DNA from: a virus
Lineage: Duplodnaviria > Caudoviricetes
IMG/VR virus record: IMGVR_UViG_3300013212_000088
Coordinates: 1 to 64,000 of that record
DNA length: 64,000 bases
Direction: 5' to 3' (one strand)
Part shown: piece after piece, positions 56,209-64,000 of the stretch
How the letters are laid out: the number at the start of each line of letters is the position of its first letter
How positions within the stretch are numbered: position 1 is the stretch's first letter
Position numbers and translations under genes: made by a program
Notes under the pieces: model-generated
What the model was told of the DNA's origin: nothing
Databases searched by the model: none
What the model saw: the letters and a program-made list of their open reading frames with translations, nothing else

Positions 56209-57219
56209 ATGAGTGATGTTTTTGATCCCAAGAAAATAATTGATTTTTCTAAAGATTATTATGCAATTTTAAATCTAAACAAAAATGATTTACCTTTTGG
56301 TAGTGATCGTAAAAGTAAAATTGAATTGACAAATAAACTAGATCAATCTTTTAGAAAAATGGCTAGAGTTTGTCATCCTGATTTTGGAGGGTCAAAAGAA
56401 GCTTTTCTAGATATTGTTCGTGCCAGAAGAATCATAGAAGATCCTATTTTAAGAAATATTTATGATCAAGGTGAGTTTACACAAGTTATTCAAAACACTG
56501 AAAGCAATTCAGGTTTTGAAGTTGACTGGACTAAAATTGGAACATATAGAAAAGGCACTACTGAAGATACAGTTGGATATTCACTATTCTTAAGTTTATG
56601 TGAAAGAAAAGCTGAAATTGATTTAATTCCAGCATTTATCCCTGACAGCAACGAACATAATTATGAATGGGATTTTGTTCTTAATAATCATAAACAAAAT
56701 CAAAAAATTATCAAAGTTGTTATATCTATTGTTAATGATGAGACGGAAGTACTTAGACTTACATCTGGAAATGATGTTATAGAAGCATTACCATTTAAAA
56801 TATATGTTTGTATTCCTAAAGTTGGAGTCAGATATATTAGAGACAATTCCAAAATAGTAAGTCCTTTTGGAAACATTCTTAAAAATGGGATTATTAAAAG
56901 TGTTGAGTATAATGACCACCATTTTCTTGAAACAACATCTTTGGATGAAGCTAAAGAATATTTAAAATCTGAACAATTTAAAATAGATTTAGATGATTTT
57001 AGGCTCAATGGCTCTAATCAAACTCATACATCTAAAACTGAAAACACTTGGATGGATAAAGATCAAATGAAAAAGTTCGATGATGAACAATTGAAATTTA
57101 TTTTAGGAATGAAAACATTTGTTACTGAAGCAGATGAATCAGCTGCTGACTTCCTAGAAAAGTTGGGTGAAAAGTCAAATAATTCTAAGGAAAATGACAA
57201 ACCAGAGTTGCCAGTTTAA
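56209..57219 (+). CDS. J-domain (DnaJ-like) co-chaperone with an uncharacterised C-terminal region
   Basis: KDYYAIL...FRKMARVCHPD.GG...F..I..A..I..DP..R..YD with an intact HPD motif. Confidence 0.85.
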   Translation: MSDVFDPKKIIDFSKDYYAILNLNKNDLPFGSDRKSKIELTNKLDQSFRKMARVCHPDFGGSKEAFLDIVRARRIIEDPILRNIYDQGEFTQVIQNTESNSGFEVDWTKIGTYRKGTTEDTVGYSLFLSLCERKAEIDLIPAFIPDSNEHNYEWDFVLNNHKQNQKIIKVVISIVNDETEVLRLTSGNDVIEALPFKIYVCIPKVGVRYIRDNSKIVSPFGNILKNGIIKSVEYNDHHFLETTSLDEAKEYLKSEQFKIDLDDFRLNGSNQTHTSKTENTWMDKDQMKKFDDEQLKFILGMKTFVTEADESAADFLEKLGEKSNNSKENDKPELPV

Positions 57220-57295
57220 CAGGTTCTATCAAGCTATTAAGAGAAAAATAAAGCGGATGCAATTTAGCATTCATCAAAAAAATGGAGGATCTACC

Positions 57296-58669
57296 TTGGC
57301 AAAACATCTTTACATTATTGACACATGTGTCCTTTTGCACGATCCTTTTGCAATCTACAAATTCGCTGAGAATGACATCTACATTCCCCTTGCTGTGATT
57401 GATGATCTTGATGACATCAAAACCAGAAAAGACAATGTAGCGTGGAGTGCGAGAGAAGTCTTTAGACAATTAGAAAATTTTACTCTTCAAGATTTATTGA
57501 AGGGTGTCAAGATTAATGAAAACAACGGGAGATTGTTTGTTTATAACACAGAGTCACCTTTACTTAAAAATGAAAGACCAAATATTGTTAAAGTCCACAG
57601 TGACAATGCAATAATTGAATGCTGCTTAGCATTAAAAGCTTCAAATCCAAGAAAAAAAGTATCTATTGTAACAAAAGACACTGGACTTAGAATTAGAGCA
57701 ATTACATGGGGTTGCGAAGCAGAAAACTATCGTTCTGATTTGATTCAAACAGATGGTTTTACTGGTCTAAGATATGTACCTGTAGTAAACCCTGAAGATT
57801 GGACAAAATTGTGGGCAGATTTTGAAGTTGAAATTTCTTCTTTGTCAACTGATATTTCAAGCAAATTAAAAGATGCTTTTCCAAATGAATTTATTATTTT
57901 TGAATATGGCGATAATAAATGTCCAACTTATCACAAAAGAGGCGTTTTACATGTTTTAAAGGATAAGTCAAATGGTAAAAATGATGTCAAGCCTACCTTT
58001 ATGGGTATTACTTCTAAAAACTTAGAGCAAAAGTGTGCTTTAACTGCATTGTCAGATCCAGAATCACAATTGGTAACTTTATGTGGACCAGCTGGTACTG
58101 GAAAGACACTTTTAACACTCGCAGTAGCTTTAGAACAGGTAAATCAAGGAATCTTTGACAAAATTATAGTCATGAAACCTCTCATTCCTGTGGGTGGTAA
58201 AGATATTGGTGCGCTACCTGGTGATAAGTTCGAAAAAATCTCTGCTTGGCTTGGCCCTATGAGAGATAATATTGAACAATTATGTGGATCAAGAACTCTT
58301 TCTGGAAACAGTATGTTTGAAGAAATGGTTCGTGATGGAATTATTGAAGTTGAAGCTATGGCTTTTATTCAAGGTAGATCAATTCCTAAATCCATTGTAA
58401 TTATGGATGAATGCCAAAACATCACACCAAGAGAAGCAAGAATGGTTGTTGAACGCTGTGGTAAGAACTCTAAAATTGTTTTACTTGGAGATCTTTCACA
58501 GGTAGAGAATTCCTATCTTGATGCAAAGTCTAATGGGCTTTCACATGCAATTCAAGGCGGTAAGGGAAGTAATCTAGTTTCAGCAGTCACATTGAGCAAG
58601 GTTGAAAGATCAGAATTGGCTGCTATTGCAAGTCAAATCTTCAACAGACCAGAGGCTCAGAGAAGATAA
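57296..58669 (+). CDS. phoH: PIN-PhoH (PhoH2/YlaK-like) protein
   Basis: GGAGG 7 nt before TTG 57296; PIN motifs IDTCVLL..., SDNAII, TKD.GLR..A; Walker A GPAGTGKT; DECQN; GDLSQ. Confidence 0.9.
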   Translation: MAKHLYIIDTCVLLHDPFAIYKFAENDIYIPLAVIDDLDDIKTRKDNVAWSAREVFRQLENFTLQDLLKGVKINENNGRLFVYNTESPLLKNERPNIVKVHSDNAIIECCLALKASNPRKKVSIVTKDTGLRIRAITWGCEAENYRSDLIQTDGFTGLRYVPVVNPEDWTKLWADFEVEISSLSTDISSKLKDAFPNEFIIFEYGDNKCPTYHKRGVLHVLKDKSNGKNDVKPTFMGITSKNLEQKCALTALSDPESQLVTLCGPAGTGKTLLTLAVALEQVNQGIFDKIIVMKPLIPVGGKDIGALPGDKFEKISAWLGPMRDNIEQLCGSRTLSGNSMFEEMVRDGIIEVEAMAFIQGRSIPKSIVIMDECQNITPREARMVVERCGKNSKIVLLGDLSQVENSYLDAKSNGLSHAIQGGKGSNLVSAVTLSKVERSELAAIASQIFNRPEAQRR

Positions 58670-58736
58670 TACAATTCAGCGCAAAAAATAAAAAAGCTGA
58701 ATGTATAAAAACTAATTATTCGGATAAAAATAAAAA

Positions 58737-61700
58737 ATGTCTCATGCTTTAGTTTGGCACGAATTAGATTACAATAGTGGATCAATAAATGAATTCACAC
58801 CTCAGTTACCTGTAGTTAACTTAGGTGGGGCTGGAGCTGGCTCTACAATTAGGCAAGGTAGATGGGGTGTTAAATATTATCGTTTAAAATGGTTAAACAC
58901 TAGTGTAGAAAATGTTAAACTCTGGCTTGACACTTATGCTGCTGATGTATATAACACTGTAAAGAAGCATGAAGGTTTAGATTTAGTTAGAGATTATGGT
59001 TTTAAATACAAATATCTTCTTTTAGATCAGTTAAATCTTTCAACATTACCAGAAGCAAAAGCATCAACAAACGGACCTCTTTCTCTTAACGGCTCTGGGA
59101 AACTTAGAATTATTGGAAAGATAGGAGTTTACGACCCTCTACCTAACGATGTTGTTTTGGTAAAAAATCAAGAGGGCACTGGTAAAACTCAGAATGGTAT
59201 TTATGTAATTTCTTCAGAACAAGCTACATCATATTTAGCAGCACACAGAGACTCTAGTGTAACTTTTAGATCTGGTTTGGGCATAAGTGTAGATGCTGGA
59301 TTTGGAACTACTTATTATTTATCCTACACCCAAAAAGATCCATTAAGTATAGTCTCTCCTGGATCCGACACTGTTAAATGGATCGAAAGAAATATTACTG
59401 ATATTGCAAGCGATGCCAAATATGCAACATCTGTAAATCACACATCAACAGGAGCAGGAGCAGCTAAAACACTTACGGTCACTTCAACTCAATTTTTAGG
59501 ATCTACTGCATCTACTAATCTTAATGTAAACGACAGAATTGTTGTAAGAAGTCAAACAGATAGAAGAGAAAATGGCTTATATAAAGTTGCTTCAAAATAT
59601 GCTACAAATCAAAACTCTTTATTAGACCCTAGAACAAGTACAAATATATTAGACAGATATTGGGCAAGCGCTTCGATTGGTATCACTCAACTTATTTCCC
59701 AAGGTCGTCCAATTGAAATTACAGTTTTAAATGGCACTAATCAAGGGGGTAAGGTTTATAGATATTACCCAGATAATGCCACAACAAATAATTACAAAGA
59801 TTTAAATTGGTCTGAAACAACATACCATAATACAAATATAACTGTTGATGCATATTTAGAACTTACTGCTTCCAATACAACCAATATAACTTTTGATGGA
59901 GCTGGTATTGGTACTTTCAGCGGTATAGGAACTACACTTTCTGCAATTGGCGGAACAAGTTATATTCTTAATTTAAATGATGAATTATTAGTCAAGGATT
60001 TAAGAGCTGGTAATTCAAATCAAAGTGGCATTTACTATGTAGCTGATGTTGGAACTGCAGTAACTATTACCAGACTTTCCCCTCATGATGTTGGAACTGG
60101 TATTTCAGCCTTATCGATTAAAACTGTACTTTCTACCAATTCATATGGTGGGCAGCACTTCTTTCTTAATAAAGAAGATCAATTAGCTTCATCTTTTGTA
60201 TTAAACAGTTCCGGTATTGCTATATCTGATCGTGTAATTCCTCATAAATATACAAATGTAGGTAATTCAATTCTTGCTCAAATTAGTGGTGGCTATGGAG
60301 TTACTTATTTAAATGAGGCAATTACAGATAGAGGAGCTCTTTCTAATGGAGAAAGAGTATTAATCACTAACCAATCAGATGCCTATAAAAATGGCATCTG
60401 GACTGTGTCATCTTCAACCGCAGATGCATTTAGTGGTTTAGCATTCACAGACAACTATAGAATCCAAAATGCTGGTTTAATTTACGTGTCTGGTGGTACT
60501 GTTGGATCTGGTAAAACCTACCTTCTCTATACCACTGCTTCAGACGGAACTTTCCCTGGATCAAATCAAGTTAAGTTTGTTGATTATAGTACAACGTATG
60601 GCTCAACTGGATTTACCACTGCTACTGCTATTGTTACTACAGATAAACTTTTAACATACTACGTTTCACCTACAGACTTTGGAACATCAATATCTACAGG
60701 AAATAGAGTAGTTGTAAATATCAACAGCACAAATAGTACTAAGAACGGAATCTATTCTGCCACTGTAACTGAAGTAGACAAATACAAATGGAACTTCGAT
60801 GAAAGTTTCTCTCAATGGTGGAGTAATGTAACAAAGAATAGTGTTGTTGGCAGAGAAAAATTCTTCCTTGGACAAGATAATTCTTTATATTATGTTAATA
60901 GTTTCGAAGAATCAACCAGGGGAAATATATATGTTCCTCAAGTTAATACACCAAAGAAATTAAATCCTACATTCCATGACTACCAATTAGAAAACTATGA
61001 TTTAGAATGGAATGAGATGGATTATCAAAAGATGTATGTTCGTGCAGCTTTTGCATGTACTGCAACTCCACCAAGCACAGTAGCTACAGGTTCAACAACA
61101 TATAGAGTTTATGCATATGTAGGCGGAGCTGCTTCGACATTTATTGATGGCGAAAATGTATTAGTAATTTGCAATGATTTATATCCAACAAACACCTCTG
61201 CAGATTTCGGATCAACTACAAAATTTGCTTCTCCAAACAATGGTATTTTCAAAGCTAGAGTAAGTTCTGGTGGAACAGTTTATTTTGAAAAACATCCTGA
61301 CTTTTTCTATTCATCTGCGTTTAGTGGTCTCGGAAAAACAATCGCAACTCCATATGAGAGACCATCAATTGTCAGAGTTACAGACGGTTACGTTGGCGGT
61401 GTAGCTGGAACAATATCCTTAACCAAAAAAACTGTTTATATGCAAGGTTCACTAAAAGTTAAAGGCGGAGTGTACATTTTAGATGGTGGTTCAGAAAACT
61501 TTATTTTAGGTTCTAATATTAATCTATCCTACGATTACAACAACATGCATCCATTTGCTAAAGTTGCGCCTGTTTCATTTATAATTGATGAAGCAAAAAT
61601 AAGTGAAAGATTAGTCAGCCCAATTGTTTTTAATAATGCCGACCCTACTTTTGGAACAGTTTTGACAATTCCATTAAGTACAGCCTTATTTGAAAGTGAT

Positions 61701-64000
61701 GTATGGCCTGGGCTTGCATTAGGAGATAGATTAGCATTTAATTTTTCTAATATTTCTGGCTCTACAATGTTAGGTTCATATGACCCTTTTGAAGTAAATG
61801 GTATTTATCAATGTTTTAATGTTGATACAAATTACTATCAATTTAGAAAAGTATATTATGCAAAGCAAAATGGACATATTGATTACTTTAAAGATTTATT
61901 GAACAATGGAACAGGGACTAGCTCTTCAGGTGTCGTTACGTTTAGCTTAAAATCAGATAAAGACTCTAATTTTACGTGGCATCCTAGTACTTATTCTTTC
62001 TATGAAGTGTTCTACAAACGGACCACTGATAATGCTTTTGTGCCTTATACTTCAGGGACAACAGCTATCGGAGCTACTTCTGGGAAGTTATTTGTAACCT
62101 TAGCTGCCAATGACACGCTTTCAATTTCAGACACAATAAAAGTAAGATTAAAACAATCGCAAACCTTTACAAAACAACTTAACAATAATAATTTTATAGT
62201 TGAAAAAATTACCATTGATAAAGCAAATCTTACATCATCAATTGGAAGAAGTAACAATAACTTAGGCAGTTATGAAGTTGAAGAAACTTATTGGCAACAA
62301 AAATATTTTGATCAAGCCAACTCAAAAAACTTAACATATTTTTATGAATTCACTGCTGGAACTTCTGTAACAGGTAATTCAACTGCAACATTTATTATTA
62401 ACAAAAGTAACCTTTATGGAATTGGAACAACTTATTTATTTAATAGAAGATTAAGTCAAGACAGTTCTGCTTTAATTGGATATAGCCCAGATGGAATTGG
62501 TGAATTCTACCCAAACGATCCATTCACAAGCCAAAATGATTTTTATGTTGGACCTTGGTCTTTAGAAACAGGCAATGGTTCTACCCAGTGGTACTACCAA
62601 ACATCATCTTTAGGCACAGCATTCATTGATACACTTGCATCTGATTATGGAAGTGCACAAGAAGATGTCATTTTAGTGCTTAATAATATCTCTGGTTCTT
62701 TACCAACAACCAATCAATCAAGTTACAGCACTGCAGGTAATTCAACAACTGTAAGAGATACATTTGGAAAAAGAGATCAATACGTTCTGAAGTTTAAATC
62801 AACATTTAGCAGTAAAGTATCATTAGCATATCACTCAAGTTTCCCTGATCCAATAGTTCCTAAGAGAGTTACTGTTGGTACTGCAACTACTTATGTTTTA
62901 TATTATGACCCTGAAGCAACAGATAGAACAGCAGATACAAGAAGATTTATTTTACAATCAAACCTAACTAAGTATAGTGAAGCTGGAGTGGCTTCAACAA
63001 ATAATTCAAACTTAAGTGGAACAATTTCAACTTCATTTAATGGAGTAACATTAGACAATAATTCAACTGTTTTACTTAAAGACCAAACTGACAAAAATCA
63101 AAACGGAATATATAAAGTTAATAATGTCAACTATTGGGAAATGACTAGAGCTTCTGATATGGACAGTGCTGGAGAATTAATTCCTTTTAGCACTGTAAAT
63201 GTAAAGTATACCAAAGGTGCAGTTTCAGTTGACAAATTATACGAACTGATTTTACCACAAACTAAAAATTACACAATTTGGACATTTGGTGGAGCAGGCG
63301 GTACTAACTTAATATACAATGCAGTTCAAACAGTAAATAGATACAACGCTGCAGCAGCCAGTACAACAAGTTATGCCAGTGTTACTACATCAACATCTAT
63401 CCCTGATGTTATTGATGGCTATACAGTAGCAGACCAAGATAGAGTTTTGATGTTGAGTCAAAATGATTATCAAGCTGGTGTGGGTAATACTTTAAGATAT
63501 TTATCTAGATTTTCTAAACAATTCTCAGCATCTTTAGAAAGAGTTGTTACAGGCACCGGATCTACAGAGTTTTCCATTAGATCATTTAGAATATTCCAAA
63601 ATACAGGAACAGGCTCCAGTACTCAATACGAAACATATTTTGATCCTAGTGTTACAACAGTTGGTGTTGGTACAGTCAATTTTATGACCGTATCTTCAAT
63701 CACAAACTTAGCACAATCAAATTATCTTTCCAATAATGACATAGATTTGCTTTCTGATTTAAATGATAATCCAGGCTACTTTGATTCAACAATTTCTACA
63801 ATTACCTCTGGTTTAAAATTAATCTTGAAAGATCAAACAGATCCTAAAGAAAACGGTTTGTATATAACAGAAGCTTCAAAAATCATGCTTTTGGAAAGAC
63901 ATCCATCTTTAAGCACAACCAGCCAAATTGTTGATACGTTGAATGTAAATGTTTCAACTTATGACAGCGGAGTATCCCAATCTGCAAAGTATGGAATATG
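58737..64000 (+). CDS. Giant repeat-containing virion-like protein, 5' part (>1754 aa; runs off right edge; not in ORF track)
   Basis: ATG at 58737 (MSHALVWHELDY); the same frame reads sensibly at every stretch translated up to 64000; about 10 copies of a D/N-R-V-L-V-K-x-Q...N-G-I-Y motif. Confidence 0.85.
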   Translation, partial: MSHALVWHELDYNSGSINEFTPQLPVVNLGGAGAGSTIRQGRWGVKYYRLKWLNTSVENVKLWLDTYAADVYNTVKKHEGLDLVRDYGFKYKYLLLDQLNLSTLPEAKASTNGPLSLNGSGKLRIIGKIGVYDPLPNDVVLVKNQEGTGKTQNGIYVISSEQATSYLAAHRDSSVTFRSGLGISVDAGFGTTYYLSYTQKDPLSIVSPGSDTVKWIERNITDIASDAKYATSVNHTSTGAGAAKTLTVTSTQFLGSTASTNLNVNDRIVVRSQTDRRENGLYKVASKYATNQNSLLDPRTSTNILDRYWASASIGITQLISQGRPIEITVLNGTNQGGKVYRYYPDNATTNNYKDLNWSETTYHNTNITVDAYLELTASNTTNITFDGAGIGTFSGIGTTLSAIGGTSYILNLNDELLVKDLRAGNSNQSGIYYVADVGTAVTITRLSPHDVGTGISALSIKTVLSTNSYGGQHFFLNKEDQLASSFVLNSSGIAISDRVIPHKYTNVGNSILAQISGGYGVTYLNEAITDRGALSNGERVLITNQSDAYKNGIWTVSSSTADAFSGLAFTDNYRIQNAGLIYVSGGTVGSGKTYLLYTTASDGTFPGSNQVKFVDYSTTYGSTGFTTATAIVTTDKLLTYYVSPTDFGTSISTGNRVVVNINSTNSTKNGIYSATVTEVDKYKWNFDESFSQWWSNVTKNSVVGREKFFLGQDNSLYYVNSFEESTRGNIYVPQVNTPKKLNPTFHDYQLENYDLEWNEMDYQKMYVRAAFACTATPPSTVATGSTTYRVYAYVGGAASTFIDGENVLVICNDLYPTNTSADFGSTTKFASPNNGIFKARVSSGGTVYFEKHPDFFYSSAFSGLGKTIATPYERPSIVRVTDGYVGGVAGTISLTKKTVYMQGSLKVKGGVYILDGGSENFILGSNINLSYDYNNMHPFAKVAPVSFIIDEAKISERLVSPIVFNNADPTFGTVLTIPLSTALFESDVWPGLALGDRLAFNFSNISGSTMLGSYDPFEVNGIYQCFNVDTNYYQFRKVYYAKQNGHIDYFKDLLNNGTGTSSSGVVTFSLKSDKDSNFTWHPSTYSFYEVFYKRTTDNAFVPYTSGTTAIGATSGKLFVTLAANDTLSISDTIKVRLKQSQTFTKQLNNNNFIVEKITIDKANLTSSIGRSNNNLGSYEVEETYWQQKYFDQANSKNLTYFYEFTAGTSVTGNSTATFIINKSNLYGIGTTYLFNRRLSQDSSALIGYSPDGIGEFYPNDPFTSQNDFYVGPWSLETGNGSTQWYYQTSSLGTAFIDTLASDYGSAQEDVILVLNNISGSLPTTNQSSYSTAGNSTTVRDTFGKRDQYVLKFKSTFSSKVSLAYHSSFPDPIVPKRVTVGTATTYVLYYDPEATDRTADTRRFILQSNLTKYSEAGVASTNNSNLSGTISTSFNGVTLDNNSTVLLKDQTDKNQNGIYKVNNVNYWEMTRASDMDSAGELIPFSTVNVKYTKGAVSVDKLYELILPQTKNYTIWTFGGAGGTNLIYNAVQTVNRYNAAAASTTSYASVTTSTSIPDVIDGYTVADQDRVLMLSQNDYQAGVGNTLRYLSRFSKQFSASLERVVTGTGSTEFSIRSFRIFQNTGTGSSTQYETYFDPSVTTVGVGTVNFMTVSSITNLAQSNYLSNNDIDLLSDLNDNPGYFDSTISTITSGLKLILKDQTDPKENGLYITEASKIMLLERHPSLSTTSQIVDTLNVNVSTYDSGVSQSAKYGI

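Noticed and set aside
57167-57469. Extended PhoH start at 57167 and the opposite-strand ORF 57185..57469
   Set aside because: GGAGG plus TTG at 57296 matches the start of the PIN domain; the minus ORF is a shadow.
58670-58705. Imperfect inverted repeat after phoH
   Set aside because: 15-nt A-rich loop and no U-tract on the plus strand; not called a terminator.
1-64000. tRNA, rRNA or IS/transposase genes
   Set aside because: Intergenic gaps are too short and show no cloverleaf or terminal-repeat signatures; no transposase motifs recognised.

Overview
AT-rich segment (roughly one-third G+C by eye), read with the standard genetic code. It is most consistent with a large (jumbo-type) tailed bacteriophage: no rRNA or tRNA genes, dense genes with overlapping stop/start codons, and virion-like Gly/Ser/Thr-rich proteins. 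Bases 1-44.7 kb form one co-oriented minus-strand block of putative virion adhesin/fibre genes. It holds 12 genes carrying about 21 LamG/ConA-like domains plus two LamG fragments, four parallel beta-helix proteins in two paralogue pairs, several long fibre proteins built from shared modules, and small charged partner proteins. Bases 44.9-58.7 kb are a mixed-strand block with a stand-alone structural-like gene and its terminator, an SLT lytic transglycosylase, a divergent macrodomain protein, a PAS-like protein, a divergent ClpX, a J-domain protein and PIN-PhoH. This block also has a set of unrelated ORFs sharing a short aromatic-[KR]-x-[AS] motif at or near the N-terminus. Two genes run off the window edges and are absent from the ORF track: <1..927 (minus) and 58737..>64000 (plus, >1750 aa). 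All functional calls come from motifs recognised by eye; no searches were run.
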